A program made the translations under genes and the position numbers. Below, one piece after another: positions 36,642 to 50,188 of a DNA stretch of 64,000 bases. The stretch's first letter is position 1, and each line of letters opens with the position of its first letter. The notes below the pieces were generated by a model that worked only from the letters and a program-made list of their open reading frames with translations, was not told where the DNA came from and ran no database searches. This DNA is from Octopus vulgaris (taxonomy: Eukaryota), in assembly GCA_951406725.2 (NCBI GenBank), contig OX597814.1, positions 150,102,001 to 150,166,000 on the forward strand, given 5' to 3'.

Positions 36642-37185
36642 GAATGAGAGAGCAGCGCGTGCTATCAAGGTGACACTGGGGTAAAATATATGAAGCCCAG
36701 TATACCCATCATGACTACCTGTCTGACAAGGGTATACCAGGCACATGCATCACAGCCATATGAGCACAGCATGGTGATTTCATATGAAGATAAACAGCGC
36801 ATGACCTAGCAGGTGGGGCCCAATTAGAATTTTCTTCAGGTCAGGTAGCCCATCATACTCAAATGAACCCCGAATAAGGTTTGTTTAAGGATGATAAATG
36901 AAACATCCATGTTTCCAGAGGTGAATTATTCAAACTCCAAAGAATTTCTCTCAACACATGGTTATGATGCTTCTCCACTACTTCTGCTTGTGATCAGAGA
37001 TGCACATATTGTCAGCCACCAAGGGAACATGTTCAGCTGGTTATGGTCAAACAACTGACTAGCAAATCTGTGGTATTGAGCAGAATATTTGCTGTAACCC
37101 ATCTTTTATACCAAGACAAAACATGTACATGATAACACTTCCAGTCAGTTAAGATCAGAAGCCACGAGAGCCAGTACTGCATTAG
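36641..37185 (-). mobile_element. SINE-like repeat family C ending in a (TAA)n tail
   Basis: Near-collinear with 37892-38235 and, in reverse, with 31665-31840. The first two abut (TTA)n runs. Confidence 0.7.
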
Positions 37186-39699
37186 GGCAGGCAGATTCAT
37201 TAGCATGTTGGACAAAATGCTTAGTGGTATTACACCTGTCACTCCATTTTGAGTTCAAATTCTGGCGAGGTCAACTTTGCCTTTCATCCTTTTAGGGTCA
37301 ATGAAAATAAGTACCAGTTGAAAACTGGGGTCGATGTAATCGACTCATCCCCATCCCCAAAATTACTGTCCTTGTGGTAAAATTTGAAATTATTATTTTC
37401 ATTATTATTATTATTATTAAAAGTGGCAAGCTGGTAGAATTGTTAGCATGCTGGATGAAATGCTTAGCGGTATTTCATCTGCCACTGTGTTCTGAGTTCA
37501 AATTTTGCTGAGGTCGGCTTTGCCTTTCATACTTTTGGAGTCAATAAATTAAGTACCAGTGGAACACTGGGGTTGATGTAATCGATTAGTCCCTCCCCCA
37601 AAATTTCAGTCCTTGTGCCTATAGTAGAAAGGATTGTTGTTGTTGTTGTTGATGTGATGAAAACTCACAGCTTATTTTTCTGGGTATGATGGTAAGTGTC
37701 AGCTGTCTATAGTCAGCAGACTAAAGTGACACTTGTTTACTGGTCATGCTTCAAAAACCCTGCAAAGATTTCTTGCAGTTCCAAGCAATGCTGGTTTTTG
37801 TAGGGGTTCTACCCCCTCCTCCCCCTCCTCTCCCTCTATCCCTCCTCCTAGTCTTCATCATCATCATCATGATTATTATTATTATTATTATTGAGTGAGA
37901 GAGCAGTTCATGCCATCAAAGTGACACTGGGGTAAAATATACGAAGCCCAATATACCCATCATGACTACCCGTCTGATAAGGGTACACTAGGCACATGCA
38001 TCACAACCATATGTGCACGACATGGTGATCTCATAAAAAGATAAACAGCACATGACCTTGCAGGTGGGGCCCAGTTAGAATTTTCATCAGTTCAAGTAGC
38101 CCATCCCACTCAAAAGGTCCCTGAATTAAGGGTTGTTTAAGGATGTTGAAAGAACCACCCATGTTTCCAGAAGTGAATTATTCAAACCCCAAAGAATTCC
38201 TCTCAACACATGGCTATGATGCTCCTCCATTACTTCAGGTAATGTCGATTTGACGGAGGGAGTGAACTAATGTACGGCACATACATTCAATCACTATAAA
38301 CAAATCATTTGTGCAGGTTGTTTGGAAAAAAAGCTGAGCACTCATACATCGTCTTCGATGGGAGAGTCCATCCAGTGGTGAATATGAAAATTTATAATTG
38401 AAATGCTTTCTAGTTTCTAATTGCCATATGAGTTCAATTCCACCCACTATGAATTTTACTTTTCATCCTTTGAAGGTTAAAATAATACATCAGTTAATTA
38501 CTAGCTCCCGTGCTGGTGGCACATAAAAAGCACCATCCAAACTTGGCCAATGCCAGTGCCCCGACTGGTTCCCTTGCTGGTGGCATGAAAAAACCACTAT
38601 CTGAATGTGACTGATGCCAGGTTCGCCTGACTGACTTTTGTGCCGGTGGCATGTAAAAGCACCCACTACACTCAGAGTGGTTGGTATCAGGAAGGGCATC
38701 CAGCTGTAGAAACATTGCTAGATCATATTGGGGCCTGATGCAGTTGCTGGCTCTCCAGACGTCAGTCAAACCGTCTGATCCATGCCAGCATGGAAATCAG
38801 ATGTGAAACGATGATGATGATGAGTTCATGAATGGTAAACATTGTTAAATAATAGCATTGTAAACTGAAGATTTCTAATGGACCAGTTACAGCTTTATTA
38901 CATTTCTAACAGTGAGAGTGACAAGGGAGTATCTGTAAGCTGGTGCAGAACAAATATCATGACTCAGTAACTCAATGGACTTTGAAAAGCACCTGTCTTT
39001 TTTGGTTAACATTTGTATCTGTCAACTTTGTGTGAAACACAAACACACATGCATGTAGGTGCAAATATGGCTGTGTAGTTTGAAATTACATGGCTTCATA
39101 TTCATTGCAGATGGCTGGTAAGCTAGCTGGCTGGCTGATTGGCTGATTGGCTGGTTGGCTGGCTGGCTGGCTGGTTGGCTGGTTGGCTGAGTAGTCAGCT
39201 GGCTGGCTGGCTAGATGGATGGATTATTTATTTACTATTTTCTTTGTGTTTATTAGAATACTTTTGAGAAGCTCGGAACTGGTTTCTAACAAAAACAAAG
39301 AAGTTCCATTCCTGAAATTTAGATAAAAATAATGACTATTAATTACATGTTGTACTGTAAAATATATTGTATATTTCTACTGTTCCATTTACAGATTGTA
39401 TCTGCAAAGCAAATACTTCAGGTATCTTTCCTTGCCTGAAAATTTTAATTTTTCCCGATTGTCACTTAGACAATATTAATGTAACCTAGTTCACCAATAA
39501 TTATTTGTATAAATATGAATTTATAATCAGAATAAAGCAGCTGCAGATTTCAAAGTAGTTGTCTATATATATTCTCCTTCTTGCTGAATTTGGAAGAGAT
39601 TTTCATATCTACAAAGCAGCTAACTTCTATGACTATATATACATTATACACATATATACACATATATACATATATATACATACTTATATTATTATCAGC

Positions 39700-40312
39700 A
39701 TCATCATCATATATCTGTTTTCCATGCTGGCATGGGTTGGACGGTCTTTTAGAACTGGTAAGCCAGGGAGCTGCACCAGGTTCCAGTCAGATTTGAGATG
39801 GTTTTTACTGTTGGATGCCCTTCTTAACAGCAACCACTCTAAAAGTGTAGCAGGTGCTTTTTTCATGCCACTGGCATGGGTACCAGATAGATGACACTGG
39901 CATCAGCCAATACTACGATTTCACTTGGTTTTACAGGTCTTCTGAAACACAACATATTGCCCAAAGTTCAAAGGGTATTTTTTATGTACCAGTTAAGCAA
40001 CACTGGCATTAGCCATGACTAGGACCTCACTTGGTCTGACAAGTTTTCTCAAGCGTGGCATATCGCCAAAGGTCTCAGTCACTTGTCATTGCCTCTGAAA
40101 GGCCCAACATTTGAAGATCATGCTTCCCCAGCTCATTCCATGTCTTCCTGGGTGCCACAAGTTCTCTCCACTGTTAGAGCGTGGCACTTCTTCACACAGC
40201 TGTCCTCCTCCATGCACATCACATGACCATACCAGTGCAGTTGTCTCTCTTGTACACCACATCTGATGTCTCTTATGCCCAACTTTTCTCTTAGGGTGCT
40301 TACACACACTCT
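39700..40312 (-). mobile_element. Degenerate RTE 3' fragment
   Basis: Homologous to the last ~75 codons and the 3'UTR of the intact RTE. Confidence 0.75.
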
Positions 40313-40316
40313 CTCT

Positions 40317-42210
40317 CATCATCATCATCATCATTATCATAATCATCATCGTTTAATGTCCGTTTTCCATGCTGGAATGGGTTGGACGGTTTGACTGGGG
40401 ACTGGCAAGCCCGGAGGCTGCACTGGGTTCCAATCTGATCTGACAATGTTTTTACAGCTGGATGCCCTTCCTCATGCCAACCACTCTAATAGTGTAGTGG
40501 GTGCTTTTTATATGCCACCAGCACAGGAGCCAGTCAGAGCGAAGAGGTGGGGCTAGCATCGGCCACGTTTGGATGGTGCTTTTTAAGTGCCACTAGCACA
40601 GGGAGCCAGTCAAGCGACACTGGCATTGACCCACACATTAATGGTGCTTATTATGTGCCACCAGCACGGGTGCCAGTCAGGTGGCACTGGCATTGGCCAC
40701 AATACAATTTCCATTGTAATTTCAATTTGATTGAGATTCTGATTGTGATTTTGATTTTGATTTTGATTTTACTTGACTCAATAGGTCTTCTCAAGTATGG
40801 CGTGTCACCCGATGATTCAAAGATACTTTACAAATGGGCTAGTTATCTGACACTTGTATAGGCTATGGCTGTGATCTCACTTTCCTTGATGAATCTTCTC
40901 AATCACCACATATCTCCAAAGGTCTTGGTCTCTCGTCATTGCCTCTGTGAGGCCTAATGTTTGGAGGTAGTGCTTCACCACCTCATCCCATGTCTTCCTG
41001 GGTCTCCCTCTTCTACTTGTTCCTTCCACTGTTAGGGAGTGACACTTCTTCACACAGCTCTTCTCATTCATACATATCACATGCCCATACCAGCATAGTC
41101 GTCTCTCTTGCACACTACATTTGATAGTTCTTATGTCTAACATTTCTCTCAGGGCACTTACCATCTGTTGTGTGTGCACTGACATTACACATGCAGCGGA
41201 TCATACTAACTTCATTTCTTTCAAGCCTACATATGTCCTCAGCAGTCATGGCCCATGTTTCACTGCCATATAGCATAGCTGTTCGCACACATGCATCATA
41301 CAGTTTATCTTTCACTCTGAGCGTGAGACTCTATGTCACCAGCAGAGGTAGGAGCTTTCTGGACTTTGCCCAGGCTATTCTTATTCTAGTGGCAAGACTC
41401 TCAGAGCATCCTCCCCCACTACAGAGTTGGTCACCTAGTAGTGGAAGCCATGAAATACTTCTAGTTTCTTCCTCTAGCATGTGATGGAATCTGTTTTCTG
41501 AACATCTTAGATGTTTATGCTCCAGTGCATCTAACACACAAAACAATCTTCTCAGTTAACATTCTTTTGATGTTGCTGCACCTCTTATGCATCCATAGCT
41601 TACACTGGGTACATCTTATGGAGTTGTTACCTACACCTTTTCTACAGATTGTGCAGGTCCATTGTGCAGGTTTGTGATTGTTCGCCTTCCTACTTACTAG
41701 GACTTTGGTTTTTGCTACATTGACTCTAAGGCCCTTTGATTCTAGACCTTGTTTCCACATTTGAAATTTCTTCTCTAGTTCTGGTAGTGATTCAGCTATG
41801 AGAGCGAGGTCATCAGCATAGAGGAGCTCCTGAGGGCAGCTGTCTTGAATTCCTCTATTATTGCCTGGACTATGTTGGACTATGGGAGGACAATGATGAA
41901 TAAGAGGGTGCTGAGGGCTGATCCTTGGCAGTAAATCTCTGAACTTTGCCCAGCGCTTTCTTATTCTAGCAGCTATGCTTTCAGAACAACCTCCACCACT
42001 AACTTGCTCAGCTAAGTAATGGAAACTACCTACTACTTCTAAGGATCTCCCCTGGCATTTGAGGGAGTTTATTTTTGTACATTCCTTGTGTTTAATGTAC
42101 CTGCACATCTGTCACATGTAAAGACTATTTTCTCTCTTAATCATCCAGTGATACTGCTGCACTTTTTATGTGTCCATAGCTTGCACTGCGCATACCTTAT
42201 GCTGTTTCTA
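40317..42210 (-). pseudogene. Degenerate, frameshifted and internally rearranged RTE copy (RT C-terminus + PHD finger)
   Basis: ORF fragments ELLYADDL, CTICRKGVGNNSIRCTQCKLWMHKRC and RRLCWYGHV; 3'UTR and (GAT)n tail at ~40317-40350. Confidence 0.88.
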
Positions 42211-42219
42211 TGCTGTTTC

Positions 42220-42883
42220 TAGACGCGCGCTAATACCCAGAAGGGCTCGATATGAATCACGACTATAAGATACCAGGTTTTGGTTACACTGCACCGCAAA
42301 ATGTGGGAGTAGTTAGGAATCTAAATCGTAGGAGACAGACACACAACCTTACTTTTATATATAAAGATTTGTGCAACAACTAAAACATTCGGTTGTGCAA
42401 ATTGTTTGCACAGGAAACCTTCCCTGTGTGGCGGTAATTGCCGTTTTTGTGGATCTGTTTCAGCTTTTTTAGCGATTTCTGTTTTGGCGACTTCAAGCCA
42501 TGAAGTCGTTGTTCTAAAAGAACGCTGGTCTCCTAGACAACGCATTACGACGTTGATTTCCTTACACTCCCTTCCTCACAGCTTCACGAGGGAGGGAAGA
42601 AGGGGGAGAAGCAAACCGGTGCAGGTGTGAGCGTGGACGCCAACTCCGCCGCCATCGACACACGAAAAATTATGCATTAAAATGGAATAAAAAATGATGT
42701 TAAATTATTTTTAAAATCGTAGACTCATCGTAGACGCACGCTAATACTCAGATGGGCTCGATATGAATCACGACTATAAGATACCCGAATTTGGTTAAAC
42801 TGCACCGCAAAATGTGGGAGTAGTTAGGAATCTAAATCGAAGGGGACAGACACTCACACAACTACAGTTTTATATATATAGAT
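42220..42883 (+). mobile_element. CpG-rich repeat with a ~150-bp direct duplication (period 511), possibly a non-autonomous Helitron/Helentron-like element
   Basis: tagacgc.cgctaatac.cag...cagacac...ttttatatata.agat at 42220-42368 and 42731-42883. Confidence 0.5.
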
Positions 42884-43660
42884 ATATATATATATACATG
42901 CTGATATTAGTCTGTGAAAACGAGTGCTCAGTGCCACATTGGTGGATAAATATTCTTTATTTGTTGGTTAACATACCATGTGGCAAGCTAGATAATTGCT
43001 GAGAATTCTAAACCTGAAACTAATGGTAACCTTGTTAACCAACAAACAATGTATGTTTGTATGTGTGTGTGTGTGAGTATTCAAAGAGAGAGAGAGAAGA
43101 AAGAATTGATTCTTCCACCAGTACATGACTGTCTCTATTTGTCAGCCCTTGAAGGAAAAAGACAAAGTTGATTTCAACATGATTTGAACTTGGTGTGCAG
43201 AGTCAGAGCAAATACCACTAGATATTGCATTTTAAGCTCTAATGACTGCTAGTTTGTCACCTTATCCATCTGGAGCAAACCATATTTCTTTTCCAACCTA
43301 TTTCCTCATATGCTATGAACATTCACAATATTAATGTGAGAAATGTCAAACTGTATAATACAGAATCACATTCTGCCAATTATCAAATGAAATGCTTTCA
43401 ACTATGAATTTAGTTAATAATGCCTTTGGGAATTAATGTTTAGTCTAGCCATTGAAAAATTCTAGAGTGTACAAATGATTTTTTGATTTTTTTTTTATTG
43501 CTTTTCATTGTCCTTTACCAGCTTTGTTGCTATTTTTATGTTAAGAAAACATTAATTTAATATTCGGTGTTGAAAGTATTTCTTGCCAGTCATTCAAAAA
43601 ATCCAGACTCAAAGCACAAGTGTGTGTTTGTGTAAAGGTCTGTGTTTATGTGCATATGTT

Positions 43661-43709
<49 letters not shown>

Positions 43710-44148
43710 GAATAAAGGAATGGAGAAAGTTATTGTTTTACTTTAAATGACACAAGAATAGTTTGCGGCATTGTAACCCATGGTCACTTGTAACTGATTA
43801 AAATTATGATTAAGAGTATACCTGCTATGACAAACTTGTCTTCCTAAACATTGTATATCTAATTCTACATTTTACAGCATGCCCTGCCCTTTTATAAGAT
43901 GCTAGAGTGTCATTTGAAGGTGACTTGGTTGCAATTACCAGCAGATCAAGTGACCACATTGTGACTTCCTCAAAAATTGAGTGATAAAATACTGGAACTT
44001 TAGTTTGTGAGAGATTGGGAGATTAATAGATGGGATGGAGAATGAGATGACTAAAGACAAATGAAGTACAGTTGTTTTTTTGAGATACTGTGGTTGCCTC
44101 ATTTCACGAATATATAGTATATATGAATATCTTTATTTAACATTTCAG

Positions 44149-44219
44149 TTTGAAGCTGAAGGAAGCAGTGGTCTCATTCTTGCCCTATACTCAGCAATCT
44201 TATCGCGGTCTGTGCAAAA
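44149..44219 (+). CDS. MINDY4: MINDY4-like internal exon (FEAEGSSGLILALYSAILSRSVQ)
   Basis: tttcAG acceptor, GTAAGT donor, phase 0-2. Carries the SAILSRS motif of MINDY3/4. Confidence 0.88.
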
Positions 44220-44379
44220 GTAAGTGTACTTTACTTTCCATCAAGCTCTGTCTAAATGACTACTTACATTTTAGTGATGATGATAGCATGATTAAGATAC
44301 TGAATTAATTACCACAAGATAATGAGTCCAAAACTGAACTTTATGTTACATTTATTGTTGTTCTTGTTTTTATAGCTTT

Positions 44380-44881
44380 CATCAAATTGAAATCAAAATC
44401 AAATTTGATGACTGACATCCGTGCTAGTGGAGCGCTAAGAGCACCATCCGAGCATGATCGTTGCCAGAGCAGCAAGCTGGCCTCTGTGTTGATGGCACGT
44501 AAAAAACACCATTCGTGTGTGATCGTTACCTGTGTCGCCTTACTGGTGCTTGTGCTGGTGGCACGTGAAAAAACATTTGAGTGAGGTCGTTGCCAGCACC
44601 GCTGGACTGGCTCCTGTACAGGTGGCACATAAAAGCCACCATTTGAGTGTGGCTGTTGCCAGTACCGTCTAACTGGCCCTCGTGCCAGTGGCACGTAAGA
44701 GCACCCGCTACACTCTTTGAGTGGTTGGCGTTAGGAAGGGCATCAAGCTGTAGAATCTCTGCCAAATCAGATTGTAGTCTGGTGCAGCCATCTGGTTCAC
44801 CAGACCTCAGTCAAATCGTCCAACCCATGCTAGCATGGAAATCGGACGTTAAACGATAATGATGATGATGATGATGATGAT
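44380..44881 (+). mobile_element. RTE 3'UTR-only copy
   Basis: Diverged ~60-bp units, ccatgctagcatgg palindrome and (GAT)n tail. Similar short copies at 452-676, 28400-28620, 33620-33830, 38500-38822, 45760-45960, 47156-47280, 51082-51250 and 54230-54600. Confidence 0.8.
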
Positions 44882-46485
44882 CAAAAGAAGAAGGCAACAC
44901 TCAGTATTCTTTTTACAGGATCTTCAAGACTGGCAGAAAAGGAGTAAGGTCTTGAGACCACTAAACCATTCAAGGGTCAAGTGTTGGTTTATTTTTAACC
45001 AGGCCACAAATTAAGTCTGCTGTCCTTTTGCACAATAGCCATTTTGTTTTTCTTACTTCCTGGGTTTTTGGGAAATAGTAGTGTCCTTGGTTTTTGCAAG
45101 CATTCCTTAACAGGTAAGAATGATGGCATTGATGTTCCTTCTGGACTTATTGCAAGTCAACACTTGTGAGAAAGCACTGAACAGGGAGGGCTAAGTTTTT
45201 AGGAAAGGATTAGATGTAGGGATTAGTACAAGGCTTGGAGGATGAACACAGCAAGGATAAGTGACAAAGGCTTGGAAGATGAACTCAGCAAGGACAACAA
45301 GTGACAAATGGGTCAAGAATACGTGAGAAGATGTAGCATGAGCTCAACCAGCTCTGACAAGCAGAGGCCATTACAAGAGTAGTAGTAGAAAAGGCAAAGA
45401 ATGGATAACAGGTACTTGTGGCCAGAAGCTGGAGTATGTCTGTAACTTTATGCCAATTAGTCAGGTGGTGCTTTTCTGGATGCAGTCTAGAACGTATGTG
45501 CATGCATCAGCAGCACCATCTCAGATGTTGGAGTCATACTTCATTATGGACTTCACCCAAACTTTGTAGTTTGTCACTTGTAGGGAACTGAAGTATCTCC
45601 TAGCCCAGATGATCTGGGTCAGTTGCTGGGATGCAGTCTTAGGTATGTTAAGGATGTGCTTTTGTCAGGAGAGATCCTCACTACTGCAGTCCAACATTTA
45701 GAGATCAATTATAAGGGCTTTAGTTAGCTGCTACTCTTCTCATTTAATTTTTTATCTCTTCATCATCATCATCATCATCATCATTATCATTTAACATGTG
45801 TTTCTCATGCTGACATGGGCTAGACAGTTTGACAGGAGCTGGCAAGCCTGAGTAATGCAGCAAACTCTAGTGTGTCTACCTTGGCATAGTTTCTACAGCT
45901 GAATGCTCTTCTTAATGTTAGCCACTATACTGAGTATACTGGGAGCTTTTTACATGGTGCTACTATTTTTACAAGGTGCTTTTAATGTAGAGTCAGTAAA
46001 ATTAGCTGTAACATAAATGAAATTCATGATTTTGGGAATATCTGAATACTGCAGGGAGAAGAGGAATATTTGTATAAGAGAGGAAAAATATTTCTCAATA
46101 GTTGAATAATTTCTTTCATCTCAGGTGATGAGTCTTGAAACATTAGCTTCTTTCTTCTTGTTGCCATGACCTTATCCAAATTTATCCAAGCTCATGAATT
46201 TCATAGTATAATGTTTACCAATGCATAATATTGCCAGTTTCCTTACACTGTGTTTTATACTAGTAATATGATATACTCCCATTCTTCCTTGAAGATGTTT
46301 GGACTTCTGTCTATGTAAGCTGATAGAAATGATAAAATAAGTAATTCAGAGATAGTGCCTCTACAAGAAAAATAATTATGTAGCACTATCATAATTATTA
46401 CAAGGATAGTTAAAAAGCTAACCAGAAATAGTTAAGAAACAAAGAGCAATGTTAATCAATGATTAATATTATATTCCTAGAACAA

Positions 46486-47148
46486 GGCAGTGAATTGGCA
46501 GAATCTTTAGCATGCCAGGCAAAATACTTGAGTGGTATTTAGTCTGTCTTTATGTTCTGAGTTCAAATTCCTTCAAGGTCGACTTTGCCTTTCATCCTTT
46601 CAGGTTCAAGAAAATAAGCACCAGTTGAGCACTAGGGTCATTGTAAATGACTTACCCACTACCTCAAACTAACTGGCTTTGTGCCAAAAGTTGAAACCAT
46701 CATTATTATTATTCTTTTCTACTCTAGGCACAAGGGCCGAAATTTTAGGGAAGGGGGCCAGTTGATTAGATCGATCCCAGTATGTAACTGGTATTTAATT
46801 TATTGACCCCGAAAGGATGAAAGGCAAAGTTGACTTTGGCGGAATTTGAACTCAGAACATAAAGACATGAAATACCACCAAGCATTTCGCCTGGCATGCT
46901 AACGATTCTGCCAGCTCGCTGCCTTACCATCATTATTATTATTCTTTTCAACTCTAGGCACAAGGCCCAAAATTTTGGTGGAGGGGGCCAGTTGATTAGA
47001 TCGACCCCAGTATGCAACTAGTACTTAATTTATCGCCCCTGAAAGGATGAAAGGCAAAGTCAACCTCGGCAGAATTTGAACTCAGAACTCAGAACCGCTG
47101 AGCATTTCGCCCAGCATGCTAACGTTTTGTACCAGCTCGCTGCTTTAC
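46486..47148. mobile_element. Cluster of three SINE family B copies (one +, two -)
   Basis: 46486-46700 forward; ~46715-46925 and ~46945-47148 are reverse complements of the same consensus. Confidence 0.8.
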
Positions 47149-47458
47149 CATTATTCATCATCATCATCATCATCATCATCATTTAACGTCCGTTTTCCAT
47201 GCTAGCATGGGTTGGACGGTTCAACTGGGGTCTGGGAAGCCAGTAGGCTGCGCCAGGCCCAGTCTGATCTGGCAGTGTTTCTTCTTCTTCTTCTTCTTCT
47301 TCTTATTATTATTATTGTCTTTTTTTTTCCTCTTCTTTCAAATTTGCTTCCATTTCTTGCTGAGTGTCTTCCCGACTCCTAGGGCAAAGAAACTCATAGT
47401 ATACATTGGTAGGCCATTAAACTAAACTCACTAGTTAGTTCATTTTTTCGTTCTTCTT

Positions 47459-47539
<81 letters not shown>

Positions 47540-48154
47540 CAGCCCTTGTGGCCAATGAGAATTCCACATGAAATGAGAATTTCACATGAATTTTCTTAAT
47601 GCTGCTTGTGATTTAAGGGCAAATGAAAGTGTAGACAAGTGCTTCTCCTAGCAGATGGTACCACTCTCTATGGAGCAATGGAAAATATATAATGGGCATT
47701 TGGGACAAAGGGAGCAATAGTAGGAGACTATTTTAAATGTCCTAATTTTCAAAAGTATTTTTCAATTGTGTATTGCGTGTGCAAATCATCTGGTAACATT
47801 AGTGGTAAAAAATATTCTGCCAAGGTTGACTTTGCCTTTCATCCTTTTGGAATTGATAAAATAAATACCAGTTGAACCATGGGATTGATGTAATTGACTT
47901 AATTCCTCCCTGGAATTGATGGTCTTGTGACAAAATTTGAAGCCAATATTAGTGGTAAAAGTATTGATTTGATATTCTATATTATATTAATGGGTGAAGT
48001 TCAGGGAATGTGGAGTGCTGTTATGTGGGAAGATGGTCTCATTGAAGATGGAAGGAAGAGTCTATAGGAGTTGCATGAAAGCTGCAATGCTGTATGGGAG
48101 TGAGACATGGTGTTTGAGGGAGAGAGAGATGGTAATTTTGGGAAGGACTGAGAG

Positions 48155-50188
48155 TTTGGTTTCGTGCCAGGGAAAAGTACCACTGATGCTATATTCCTGG
48201 TAAGGCAGCTGCAGGAGAAATACCTAGCCAAAGATAAGGCCCTGTACCTGGCTTTTGTTGACATGGAGAAAGCCTTCGACAGGGTCCCCCGATCCCTCAT
48301 ATGGTGGTCAATGAGGAAACTAGGAATAGAAGAATGGTTAGTGAGAGCTGTGCAAGCCATGTACAGGGACGCTGCTAGTAAGGTGAGGGTTGGAAATGAG
48401 TACAGTGAAGAATTCCGGGTAGAGGTAGGGGTCCACCAAGGCTCAGTCCTCAGCCCCCTCCTATTTATCATAGTCCTCCAGGCAATAACGGAGGAATTCA
48501 AGACAGGATGCCCCTGGGAGCTCCTCTATGCTGATGACCTTGCTCTAATTGCTGAGTCACTATCAGAACTGGAGAAGAAGTTTCAGGTGTGGAAGCATGG
48601 TTTAGAATCGAAGGGCCTTAGAGTCAACCTAGCTAAAACCAAAGTCCTAATAAGTAGGAAGGTAGACAAATCACAAACGCCTTCAGGTAGATGGCCCTGC
48701 TCGATCTGTAGAAAAGGTGTAGGTAGAAACTCTATAAGATGCACCAAGTGTAAGCTATGGACACATAAGAGGTGCAGCAATGTCATAGGAAGGCTAACTA
48801 GGAAGATGGTTTTTGTATGTGGCAGATGCTCGGGAGCATTAACCTCTGAAAATCTGCAGAAAACAACTTCCGTCACTTTCCAGGGGCAAAAACTAGAAGT
48901 AGTTGATAGCTTCCGTTATCTTGGTGACCAAGTCAGTAGTGGGGGTGGGTGTGCTGAAAGTGTAATGGCTAGAGTAAGAATAGCCTGGGCAAAGTTTAGG
49001 GAGCTCTTACCTCTGTTGGTGACTAAAGGCCTCTCGCTCAGAGTAAAAGGCAGACTGTATGATGCATGTGTACGAACAGCCATGCTACATGGCAGTGAAA
49101 CATGGGCCGTGACTGCTGAGGACATGCGTAAGCTCGCGAGAAATGAAGCTAGTATGCTCCGTTGGATGTGTAATGTCAGTGTTCATAGTCGACAGAGTGT
49201 AAGTACCTTGAGAGAAAAGTTGGACCTAAGAGGAATCAGATGTTGTGTGCAAGAGAGACGATTGCGCTGGTATGGTCATGTGGTGAGAATGGATGAAGAT
49301 AGGTGTGTGAAAAAGTGCCACACCCTGGCAGTTGAGGGGACCTGTGGAAGAGGTAGACCCAGGAAAACCTGGGTCGAGGTGGTGAAGCACGACCTTCGAA
49401 CTCTAGGTCTCACCAAGGAAATGACCAGAGACCGAGACCTATGGAAGTATGCTGTGCGTGAGAAGACCCGGCAAGACCAGTGAGAACAATCAAAATCAAA
49501 TCATATATCAGAAAGCAAGGGTTAAGTGACCCATCCGTTCGTGTCCGCTGTCAGCTTCGTCTGGCACCCGTGCCGGTGATACGTAAAAGCACCATTCGCT
49601 CATGGCCGTTTGCCAGTTCTGCCTGGCCCCGTGTCGGTGGCACGTAAAAGCACCATCCGTTCGTGTTCGTTGCCAGCCTCGCCTGGCCCCGTGCCGGTGA
49701 CACGTAAAAGCACCGTCCGTTCGTGGCCGTTTGCCAGCTCTGTCTGGCCCCGTGTCGGTGGCACGTAAAAGCACCATCCGTCCATGTCCGTTGCCAGCCT
49801 CGGCTGGCCCCCGTGCCGGTGACACGTAAAAGCACCGTCCGTTCGTGGCCGGTTGCCAGCTCTGTCTGGCCCCGTGTCGGTGGCACGTAAAAGCACCATC
49901 CGTTCGTGTCCGTTGCCAGCATCGCCTGGCCCCGTGCCGGTGACATGTAAAAGCACCATCCGTTCGTGGCCGTTCGCCAGCTCTGTCTGGCACCTGTGCA
50001 GGTGGCACGTAAAAAACACCCACTACACTCGCGGAGTGGTTGGCGTTAGGAAGGGCATCCAGCCGTAGAAACACTGCCAGATCTGACTGGGCCTGACGAA
50101 GCCTTCCAGCTTCACAGACCCCAGTTGACCCGTCCAACCCATGCTAGCATGGAAAGCGGACGCTAAACGATGATGATGATGATGATGA
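48155..50188 (+). mobile_element. 5'-truncated copy of the same RTE family (open frame 48164-49483 including the PHD finger; 3'UTR minisatellite; (GAT)n tail)
   Basis: Peptide is near-identical to the C-terminal 439 aa of the 1055-aa ORF. TSD tgagag at 48149-48154 and 50189-50194. Confidence 0.92.
49531..50018 (+). repeat. 60-63-bp GC-rich minisatellite, 8 units alternating A/B, in the RTE 3'UTR
   Basis: Units end in (c/t)gtaaaa(g)ca and start at ~49531, 49592, 49653, 49713, 49774, 49835, 49896, 49956. Confidence 0.9.

Noticed and set aside
49508-50137. 209-aa repetitive ORF and overlapping ORFs
   Set aside because: These are translations of the GC-rich 3'UTR minisatellite.
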